Source: Nostoc punctiforme PCC 73102 (GTDB lineage Bacteria; Cyanobacteriota; Cyanobacteriia; Cyanobacteriales; Nostocaceae). From it: a stretch of DNA of 32,000 bases. Of this stretch, positions 16,878-24,175 are shown in pieces (the first letter of the stretch is position 1; each line of letters begins with the position of its first letter). Where the stretch lies: NCBI RefSeq assembly GCF_000020025.1, contig NC_010628.1, positions 8,070,001-8,102,000 of the forward strand, written 5' to 3'. The notes beneath the pieces were generated by a model. The model had not been told where the DNA came from. It ran no database searches and saw only the letters and a program-made list of their open reading frames with translations. The position numbers were made by a program, and so were the translations under genes.

Positions 16878-17010
16878 TAGGATTGCAATACTGTTCGGTT
16901 AAGGGAAAAGCGTACGGTAAAAGGAGTGGAAGACTTGATATATAAGGTTTTCCTCTTTAACCTTTTTCCTTTAACCCAAAACCCGACAAGTATTGGGTAG
17001 GATTGCTATA
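16878..17010. repeat. Second MITE-like hairpin element in the same intergenic region
   Basis: The direct repeat GTAGGATTGC(A/T)ATA lies at 16878-16891 and 16997-17010. The inverted segments AATACTGTTCGGTTAAGGG (16888-16906) and CCTTTAACCCAAAACCCGACAAGTATT (16968-16994) flank a purine/pyrimidine-skewed core (AAAAGGAGTGGAAG ... TTCCTCTTTAACCTTTTTCC). Confidence 0.35.
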
Positions 17011-17237
17011 TTGCCAACACTGTTAACGCAGACCAAGTAGGTGGTAACATCCAGAACAAGTATGCTTAAGAACGCTCAACGAGAAGAAGGCTTGATTTAA
17101 CATGATTTTCCGTGATAACCTACGTTCATCTTTAAAAAATACGGTTTATCAATAGCTTTATAGTAGTTTTAATAGCATACTGTATTTTTAATTTGAGTTA
17201 GCACAAGTAATTCTAAAACTGTCTGAAGAAAAAACTC

Positions 17238-18203
17238 ATGGTCATTACACAAAGGCGTAAACTTGGACGTTCAGAACTAGAAGTATCACCAATATCTTTT
17301 GGTGGCAACGTATTTGGCTGGACTATTGATGAAAATAGTTCATTTGAGATTTTAGATAGCTTTATAGAGGCTGGAGGTAATTTTATTGACACAGCTGATG
17401 TCTATTCCAAGTGGGTTCCAGGAAATCAAGGTGGAGAGTCTGAGACAATTTTAGGAAAATGGCTCAAGCAGCGCGGTAATCGTGACCAAGTGGTGATTGC
17501 AACTAAGGTTGGCAACGATATGGATGTTAGAGGCCAAGGGCTTTCTCGTGAACACATTCAACAAGCTGTGGAAGACTCGTTGCAGAGGTTACAAACCGAT
17601 TATATCGATCTATATCAATCGCATATCGACGATGAAAACACTCCACTTGAAGAAACCCTTGAAACCTACGCAGAATTGATTCGTCAGGGAAAAGTACGTG
17701 CGATTGGTGCTTCAAACTATAGTGCAGAGCGTTTGGGGCAGGCATTAGAAATTAGCCGTCAGCATGGCTATCCTCGCTACGAAAGCCTTCAGCCCCGTTA
17801 TAACTTGTATGACCGAGATGGTTATGAACAGGATTTACAACAAATTTGCCAAGAACAGGAAATTGGCGTGATTAACTATTCCTCTCTGTGCAGTGGTTTT
17901 CTCTCTGGTAAATATCGCTCAGAAAAAGATTTGTCTATTAGTCTTCGTGGTAATTCTGTAAAAAGATATTTAAACCCTCGTGGCTTGCAAATTCTAGAGG
18001 CAATTGATCGGGTGGCAACGACTTATAATTTTACTCCCACCCAAGTTTCTCTGGCATGGCTCATTGCTAATCCCAGTATTACTGCTCCTATTGTTAGTGC
18101 AACAAAGGTTGAGCAACTCAACGATATCATCAAAGCTGTCAATATAAAGCTCGATCAAGATGCTATTGACCTTCTCAATCAAGCCAGTTCCTCAAACACC
18201 TAG
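17238..18203 (+). CDS. Aldo/keto reductase family oxidoreductase, 321 aa
   Basis: The sequence LGRSELEVSPISFGGNVFGW...GGNFIDTADVYS...ATKVG...DLYQSHIDD contains the AKR catalytic tetrad context (D, Y, K, H). The length and the C-terminal region (IVSATKVEQLNDII) are typical. Confidence 0.92.
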   Translation: MVITQRRKLGRSELEVSPISFGGNVFGWTIDENSSFEILDSFIEAGGNFIDTADVYSKWVPGNQGGESETILGKWLKQRGNRDQVVIATKVGNDMDVRGQGLSREHIQQAVEDSLQRLQTDYIDLYQSHIDDENTPLEETLETYAELIRQGKVRAIGASNYSAERLGQALEISRQHGYPRYESLQPRYNLYDRDGYEQDLQQICQEQEIGVINYSSLCSGFLSGKYRSEKDLSISLRGNSVKRYLNPRGLQILEAIDRVATTYNFTPTQVSLAWLIANPSITAPIVSATKVEQLNDIIKAVNIKLDQDAIDLLNQASSSNT

Positions 18204-18419
18204 TACGGCTACCCGAAAGTCAACACTCAAAAGTTATTCCCCCGGTCAAGAGCTTTCTTCTTTGAAAAAGGGCGTGTCGCATTTAGTAGATTGTTTGGTG
18301 CAGTCTTTTGTGGATATTAGTCATAATAGCGATCGCTGGGCAAGTCCTTCAAAAAGAAAAAAATTATACGAAAACTTTCCGTACAATAAATAGTTATGTA
18401 TGTCGTTTGATTTTATCCA

Positions 18420-19412
18420 ATGACGTGGTTTGAAACATTAGCCGGTTTTCCTGAAGAGTCCCCACAAGAGGTTTGGCAGAATATCACTGTTGACGGTAAG
18501 GTATTGAAATCTCATGTGAATGGGGAAGTAATGGTTTGCGGTCAGTTGGAAACACCGTCTTTAGCCCAACTCAGAGAACGTGTCCATGCGAGTGGATATG
18601 AGGTTGGACAAATATCGGTACGCGAAATAGTTGCCAACGTCCAGGATTTGCACATAAATGAATCGAATGCTGATGCGCTTTTTCAAGTAGCTTCCCAGTT
18701 TAATCTGCTGGAAATGGTATCTCCAAATGTAACGCCTGAGGATGGTGTGGGGATTTATGAGAATGATTATACCCAGGGGCCAGCCTGTGCGATCGCGGCT
18801 GGTGCAGGAACGATTTATCGAAACTACTTTGCAACCGTAAATGGGCAAACCGGACAATCAACAACAAACCAAATCGATTGTCTTGCAGATATGGGAGTAG
18901 CATTGGGAAATTCCAAAAGCCGTCTTTGGGAAATGAGAAACGGCTATGCTTTGGCATCACATAGCGGTTTGGTCGAGATTTCAAATCGACTTCGAGGAGC
19001 AAGCGAGAGTGAACTTGATGGATTGCGAGAGTTGTTACGAATCGGCATTCAATGGAGTACGCAAGTAACGCTCAATGATTGCAAGCATACGGTCTCACAA
19101 GCCTATTGCTCTGCCTTGCCAGTTAACTACTCTCGTCATTCCTCAAATCTTTGGACGGAATTTGCACGCCTCGTTTTAGAGGCATCCTATGAAGCAACTA
19201 TTTGTACTGCAATCTTGAATTCGATCAGAAATGGAAACAACAGATTGTTTCTTACGCTTCTCGGTGGTGGAGCATTTGGCAACGAAACCGATTGGATTAT
19301 TGGAGGAATCCAACGTGCCTTGAACCTTTACAAGTATGCTGATCTTGATATAGCGATCGTAAGCTATGGCTCGTCTAAGCAATATGTCCAACAACTTGTA
19401 AACCAATACTAA
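18420..19412 (+). CDS. Uncharacterised 330-aa protein with a divergent PARG/macrodomain-like signature
   Basis: It is a clean ATG ORF and apparently monocistronic, with 216-bp and >600-bp flanking gaps. The motif GVG-IYENDYT-QGP lies at aa 109-121 (nt 18744-18782) and LLGGGAFGNETDW at aa 280-292 (GGGAFGN = nt 19263-19283). See findings. The family call is tentative. Confidence 0.8.
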   Translation: MTWFETLAGFPEESPQEVWQNITVDGKVLKSHVNGEVMVCGQLETPSLAQLRERVHASGYEVGQISVREIVANVQDLHINESNADALFQVASQFNLLEMVSPNVTPEDGVGIYENDYTQGPACAIAAGAGTIYRNYFATVNGQTGQSTTNQIDCLADMGVALGNSKSRLWEMRNGYALASHSGLVEISNRLRGASESELDGLRELLRIGIQWSTQVTLNDCKHTVSQAYCSALPVNYSRHSSNLWTEFARLVLEASYEATICTAILNSIRNGNNRLFLTLLGGGAFGNETDWIIGGIQRALNLYKYADLDIAIVSYGSSKQYVQQLVNQY

Positions 19413-19545
19413 TGTAAGTAACACATAACTAGTAACTGTAATATAACAACCCAGTGCAAGCAATGAGAACCTGGCTCAAATAATTAGAATATTTATACAA
19501 CGGGAGCTTGTGGGTGAAAATAGCGGCAATATCAGCAGCTAGTTA

Positions 19546-19725
19546 CTAAAACAGCCAATTTAGAGCTTGAGCTAGATGATTCGCATTTTTCATGCAATTT
19601 CTGCAATTTCGCCCACCAATACGCCACTCATAACTCCAATAGCCCATATCAGCAGGGCTTTCGGCAATTGCGGATGTCGTTAATGGATGCGGTATTACTT
19701 GGGATTGCCTTGAAACTGTAGGCAT
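19546..19725 (-). CDS. Candidate small ORF, 59 aa (one codon below the track cut-off)
   Basis: Hand translation gives MPTVSRQSQVIPHPLTTSAIAESPADMGYWSYEWRIGGRNCRNCMKNANHLAQALNWLF*. CAAGGTAAGG lies immediately upstream of the ATG, and the local GC is higher than in the flanking AT-rich spacer. No homology is recognised, and it could be a gene fragment or chance ORF. Confidence 0.2.
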   Translation of the reverse strand: MPTVSRQSQVIPHPLTTSAIAESPADMGYWSYEWRIGGRNCRNCMKNANHLAQALNWLF

Positions 19726-19796
19726 CCTTACCTTGTGTCAACCCTAGGCAAAGTGCTTCGACATGACTACACAAGCTAGATAAAAAGGGTATAACA

Positions 19797-20012
19797 TAAG
19801 ACCAGCCCTTTCAAAGTGAGTAGAAATTATCGAAAGTGAATTTCTCCGTAAACCTCTTTTCTATATATTCTCTATCTTAGAAAATCTGATGCCTGCTCTC
19901 AGACTTTCTACTGTGCATTCTCGGTTAAATAAATAACTTATAAGCCACTTTACACCCAGAGAATGCTCCGATAAAAAGAGATTTTACGAGTCACGTTGAA
20001 AGGGTTAGTTTT
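19797..20012. mobile_element. MITE-like element, copy 2 (same family as 3313-3490, opposite orientation)
   Basis: The left end is TAAGACCAGCCCTTTCAAAGTGAGT. The reverse complement of the right end, CCCTTTCAACGTGACTCGTAAAATCTCTTTTTATC, aligns with the left end of copy 1 (CCCTTTCAAGGTGACTCATAAAATCTCTTATTTTTC). It has no coding capacity and ends 42 bp upstream of the ATG at 20054. Confidence 0.55.
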
Positions 20013-20053
20013 ATCATTTGTTCCTATTTAATACTTGTGCCAGAGATTTGCCG

Positions 20054-20944
20054 ATGGAAACTATATCTAGTCTCGATGCAGTAACTAAACATTTAGAACA
20101 GCATGAAAGCTCAAAGCGGATTAAAAAATTAATATATTCGGCTTGTAAAAATATTTGGGAGAATGATGAAGAGACGCTAGATAGGTTTAAGTTACAAGAA
20201 CTAATTCAAGAATTATTTAGATTGAATCCAACTACCAACAAGTTAAATTATAGTTTATCTGAAGTTGTAAAAACTCTTAATAAACAAGCTGAATACGCCA
20301 TAATCGCCAATGTTATTTTTCATCAAATGCAGAAGTTATATATAACGCCTGAAGAACCAACAGGAATATTTTTAAATAAACCTCATCAAGAAGAATCAAC
20401 AGGACTATTATTAAATCAACCTCGCAAAGAGGAACAAATATTTTATAATTCCGAACCAATATCATTAAATTCTATCGAGAAATCTCCAAACAGTCAAATC
20501 AAACATCAATATAATCAGTTTGATTTACGGCAAAATATTATGAAGTATACTAACCCACTTAGGGCTAAAATAGTTCTATTTTCTGCACTTGACAAAAAAT
20601 TTACTTTCAATGAAGAAGACTGGTTGAAACTGAAGACTCAAAAACTTGATGATTTATTGCTGAGATTATTTAATATCTGTCCAACTCTTAGAGAGCTTGA
20701 ATCTAAATTAAATAGTGCTGTTATATCTCTAGGGAAGCCGGATGAAAATATTCAAGCAGCTAGTGCAATTATCCAATCTATGAGAGCTTTGTATGGCGAT
20801 ATATCAGCCAGCGCCAATGGATATAATCCGTTCAACAACACTCAATCTCCAGAAATGAAAACACCAGTTAATCCTTATCAGAAAACTGGACTCAATGATG
20901 ATGGTAATACCTGTCAATTTATAGCACCCCCTACCAAAGAATAA
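20054..20944 (+). CDS. Hypothetical 296-aa protein built from two homologous helical domains joined by a repeat-containing linker
   Basis: The track ORF starts at TTG 20018. I prefer the ATG at 20054 (METISSLDAV...). The N-terminal domain (..KRIKKLIYSACKNIWENDEETLDRFKLQELIQELFRLNP...IFHQMQKLY) and the C-terminal domain (..LRAKIVLFSALDKKFTFNEEDWLKLKTQKLDDLLLRLFN...IIQSMRALY) align by eye. The linker holds a 13-aa tandem duplication. Confidence 0.75.
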   Translation: METISSLDAVTKHLEQHESSKRIKKLIYSACKNIWENDEETLDRFKLQELIQELFRLNPTTNKLNYSLSEVVKTLNKQAEYAIIANVIFHQMQKLYITPEEPTGIFLNKPHQEESTGLLLNQPRKEEQIFYNSEPISLNSIEKSPNSQIKHQYNQFDLRQNIMKYTNPLRAKIVLFSALDKKFTFNEEDWLKLKTQKLDDLLLRLFNICPTLRELESKLNSAVISLGKPDENIQAASAIIQSMRALYGDISASANGYNPFNNTQSPEMKTPVNPYQKTGLNDDGNTCQFIAPPTKE

Positions 20945-21010
20945 TGGTAGTTTTTGATTATTGTTAATCCGAAAGAAATTAAAATTTTGTGGTAATTGAT
21001 AGGAAAGAAT

Positions 21011-22003
21011 ATGGATGCAAATGAACTTTTAAAGCGCTATGAGAATGGAGAAACAAAGTTTATTGAGGCCAACTTAAATGGAATAAATTTGTTTGGTGCA
21101 GACTTGATTGGCATAGCTTTGAATAAAGCAGATTTGGGTCATGCCATCCTAATTTTTAGCTATCTAAGCCGGGGAATTCTGAATCACGCAAACCTAGTTT
21201 GTACAAAGCTAAGTGGTGCGAACCTAAATCAGGCAAGTTTAATCAGCGCCAACTTGCATGATGCTAATTTACATGGTGCAACTTTGCAGGGTGCTGATTT
21301 GCGTAATGCAAATTTAACTTTGGCATATATGCTAGATACTAACTTGATGAATGCCGATTTACGTGGTGCAGATTTGAGTGGTGCAAATTTAAATGGCGCG
21401 TGCCTGCGTGGGGCTAACCTGCGAGAAGAAAAGAGAATGTACTCTGCTAGTCTACGGGGTGCTAATCTTCATAAGGCTGATCTGCGGGGCGCTGATTTAA
21501 CTGGTGTAGACTTATCTAAAGTTGATTTGAGTGGTGCTAACTTGAGTGAGGCAACGCTACGTTATGCCGATTTGAGTGATGCCAATTTGAGTGAAGCGAT
21601 TTTGCATAATGCATCTTTGGCAGATACTAACATCGGTGGTGCTAATTTGAAAGGTGCTAACCTGATGAATGCTAGATTGGAACGTTCAAATCTCATTGAT
21701 GCCGAACTTACAGGTGTTAATTTGTATGGTGCAATTATGGCAGACGCTAAACTGACTAGATGTCAGATGAGTGGAGTAAACCTAAGTTTTGCAAGGCTAA
21801 ATAGAGTTGATTTAAGTCGAGCTAACCTGCGTCAGGCTAACCTCACAGAAACAGACTTGGTTGATGCCTATCTTGCTAGGACAGACTTGACTGGTGCTAA
21901 TTTAAGTAAGGCAAATTTGATCAGAGCAGAAATGAGTAGTGCAAATCTGACGGGTGCAAATCTGCGTGGTGCAGTTATGCCTGATGGAACAATTAATTAT
22001 TAA
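21011..22003 (+). CDS. Pentapeptide-repeat protein, ~330 aa, almost entirely A(D/N)LXX repeats
   Basis: The ATG at 21011 is preceded by AGGAAAG. Beyond the first ~20 residues the protein is almost wholly pentapeptide repeats (ANLNGINLFGADLIGIALNKADL...ANLTGANLRGAVMPDG), implying a right-handed quadrilateral beta-helix. It lies 66 nt downstream of the preceding gene on the same strand. Confidence 0.92.
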   Translation: MDANELLKRYENGETKFIEANLNGINLFGADLIGIALNKADLGHAILIFSYLSRGILNHANLVCTKLSGANLNQASLISANLHDANLHGATLQGADLRNANLTLAYMLDTNLMNADLRGADLSGANLNGACLRGANLREEKRMYSASLRGANLHKADLRGADLTGVDLSKVDLSGANLSEATLRYADLSDANLSEAILHNASLADTNIGGANLKGANLMNARLERSNLIDAELTGVNLYGAIMADAKLTRCQMSGVNLSFARLNRVDLSRANLRQANLTETDLVDAYLARTDLTGANLSKANLIRAEMSSANLTGANLRGAVMPDGTINY

Positions 22004-22107
22004 AAATATACATGGGCAATACCCACTATTTTGTCTCGAACAAATCTGCCTAAGTTAGGATTTACACATAAAGATTCTCTGGCAAAATTGGCTGTAAAGT
22101 TTACTAT

Positions 22108-22473
22108 TTAACGCTGCCAATCATATATTAATCGTCCATGACGATCGCGCACAAGTTCCCATTCTCCATGACGATATGGTTGTCCATGATAATTTACAGA
22201 GCGATAGCGTCGTCTATAATAATGTCGTCGATTCCTCTGGCGTTGATAATAATATTTTCCAGTCCGTTGCCGTCTATGATAACGTCGTCGAGTCCGTCGG
22301 TGAGCTAACAAAAGCTCTTCGCTTTGCTCTCCAACTAATTTTGTCTGTGCGTCAAGAGCCTGTTCATTGAGAACATTATTGAGAGTGTTATCCTTGGCTT
22401 CAGCCAAACCAGGTGGATAAATAAAGGCTAATAGCAAGAACACAATTGAGGATAGCTTTTTGAAACGGTTCAC
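22108..22473 (-). CDS. Small secreted hyper-basic Arg/Tyr-rich protein, 121 aa
   Basis: It has a GTG start. The N-terminus MNRFKKLSSIVFLLLAFIYPPGLAEA|KD is a classic Sec signal peptide with an AxA cleavage site. The 46-residue core HRRTRRRYHRRQRTGKYYYQRQRNRRHYYRRRYRSVNYHGQPYRHG has 17 Arg and 9 Tyr (hand count). No SD is evident. Confidence 0.55.
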   Translation of the reverse strand: MNRFKKLSSIVFLLLAFIYPPGLAEAKDNTLNNVLNEQALDAQTKLVGEQSEELLLAHRRTRRRYHRRQRTGKYYYQRQRNRRHYYRRRYRSVNYHGQPYRHGEWELVRDRHGRLIYDWQR

Positions 22474-22709
22474 GTCTTTGCTTTTCTAAACTATTGGTAA
22501 TGATTTTATTTAATACTTAAATTTAGTAACCATATAGTTCATAATTCACAAACTTGAAGAGAGCAAAAGTAATAAAAGTAATTGTATTAAATATGAAAAT
22601 AGTTAACTACAACAGGCAACCAGATGATGTACATCTGTTATGGGGCAAATGCACACAAAAGTGTTCAATTTCACAACTTTGTTATGTTTAGATATTATTG
22701 AAATAGCAA

Positions 22710-23513
22710 TTAGGAATTAGGAATTGAGGTAAAGCTATCTGTTTCGATAAGGGATAAAAATGATAGGGGCTGACTCATATTAGCAGCAAAGCCCAAAATT
22801 CCTGGATCTCGATGTTCGTAAAGTAACTGGCCTTGGGTATCAAACAGAAAAGTTCCACCACGCTGAGTTAAGTAGGCAGGATTAGGTACATAAGTATGCC
22901 AATTGCTCAGAACTTCCACCATATTCCGTAGCCGTAGAGTAGCTAATTCAAAGGGACGTTGAAACCCAATTCCACCAGCTAATTGGAAAAATGAGCCTTG
23001 AAAGGCAGGTAGAGGAGTACCTTGAATAATTTCATCATCTTCAATGAGTTGAGGGGCTTGGCGATCGCCCCTGTATCCTCGAAAAACTTCTCTTAGCGTT
23101 CCAGGACTTCCAAACCCTGCACACATGAACAGTAGATTTAGCCAAGCTTTCTGAGTAGGGGAAATTCCAGGGACAGGAAGATTCAGACCTGAATAAAGTT
23201 TGAGTTGGTGATGTAGTTCTGCATTAGGTTCAACAAATAAATTTTCGGGTGGAAATCCTGTATATTCACAGAATTTTGTTCCAGAGGCGCGATCGCCAAT
23301 TCCGACTGCACGAATAGCAAGTTTTTCATCTGGCAATTTTTTAGCTTCGCGCTGTAACCACCACGCATATTCAAGGCTATCAAAATCCCCAAGTTGTGGC
23401 CAGACTAAAATAAGGATATGTGAGGCAGTCTCGCAATTTTCTAGTAAAGGTCGGATTATGCCATCACTAACACGCTGAAGTTCGGTCTGATTAAGGATAG
23501 CGTAGGGATTCAT
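22710..23513 (-). CDS. Thioredoxin-fold, peroxiredoxin-like (AhpC/TSA_2-type) protein lacking the redox cysteines, 267 aa
   Basis: The sequence ILILVWPQLGDFDSLEYAWWL...AVGIGD...FCEYTGFP...LFVEPNAELHHQL matches my recollection of the cyanobacteria/plant AhpC-TSA_2 family, where the CxxC position is replaced (here GDFDS). It is a clean ATG ORF. Confidence 0.75.
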   Translation of the reverse strand: MNPYAILNQTELQRVSDGIIRPLLENCETASHILILVWPQLGDFDSLEYAWWLQREAKKLPDEKLAIRAVGIGDRASGTKFCEYTGFPPENLFVEPNAELHHQLKLYSGLNLPVPGISPTQKAWLNLLFMCAGFGSPGTLREVFRGYRGDRQAPQLIEDDEIIQGTPLPAFQGSFFQLAGGIGFQRPFELATLRLRNMVEVLSNWHTYVPNPAYLTQRGGTFLFDTQGQLLYEHRDPGILGFAANMSQPLSFLSLIETDSFTSIPNS

Positions 23514-23635
23514 TACAAAGTATTAACTGCTATTTAGCTATTCAATTTTAATGCATTTTATTATCCTATGCAGTTATAAATGCCCATTAGCTTATTACTT
23601 TTGCTCATAAACTCCAACCAGTCGTGCCTGTTCAA

Positions 23636-23893
23636 TCACATGGTCAGCGATCGCGTCTTCCTAGTGAAAGATAACAACTGTCTAAAGAGCGATCGCACTG
23701 CCTCGACAATAGAAGAAGCGTCAATTTTTTTTGCTGCAAAAGGCACAATGCAGCAATTAACTCGTTGTATGAAAGCGATCGCAGCTGCCACCGAATTTTG
23801 CTGCGTTAAAAAGTCACCTTTCCTAGAGGCGATAATTTTAAGATTCAGTTGAGATTCAGCACGTTTGGGTTCGTCAAAGGAAAAAACTACCAT
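23636..23893 (-). CDS. Possible small hypothetical protein (~85 aa); the strand call is uncertain
   Basis: Two overlapping opposite-strand ORFs occupy this spacer. The minus-strand reading (MVVFSFDEPKRAESQLNLKIIASRKGDFLTQQNSVAAAIAFIQRV...) looks more protein-like than the Cys-rich + strand one (23580-23852). HIP1 sites fall in the AIA / RSL frames. No SD and no recognised family. Confidence 0.3.
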   Translation of the reverse strand: MVVFSFDEPKRAESQLNLKIIASRKGDFLTQQNSVAAAIAFIQRVNCCIVPFAAKKIDASSIVEAVRSLFRQLLSFTRKTRSLTM

Positions 23894-24175
23894 TAGGTAA
23901 ATTGAAAAATCATCTTTTTCATACAGACATACAAAATAGTTAAACTTCCTTCCCAAGAAAGATGACTTGAATGTCTAGACCTCTCTAAGGATAAATAGAA
24001 TAAAATTTTAGCTAGGGAGTAAAATATCTGAGCGAATTAAAACTGATTTGACTATATGGTCACAAACAGGAGAGAAAAACTAGACTTGTGGCGATCGGGC
24101 TTACAGCTACCTTTAAAAAGAAAAATTCTGTGCTATCCCAGGCACTAATTTTGGAAAATTAAAACAGAAGAATAA

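Noticed and set aside
17497-19463. Nested or antisense ORFs 17497-17679, 17527-17745, 17994-18182, 18160-18393, 18561-18857, 18700-19002 and 19176-19463.
   Set aside because: They overlap the aldo/keto reductase or the 330-aa gene in other frames. ORF 18160-18393 merely extends past the AKR stop in another frame, with no SD.
22176-22370. + strand 64-aa ORF opposite the Arg/Tyr-rich gene.
   Set aside because: It is the mirror image of a low-complexity region. It lacks the signal peptide and start context that support the minus-strand reading.
23580-23852. + strand 90-aa ORF in the 23.5-24.2 kb spacer.
   Set aside because: It overlaps the slightly more protein-like minus-strand ORF and has a Cys-rich odd composition. 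Neither reading is well supported, and I kept only the minus one at low confidence.
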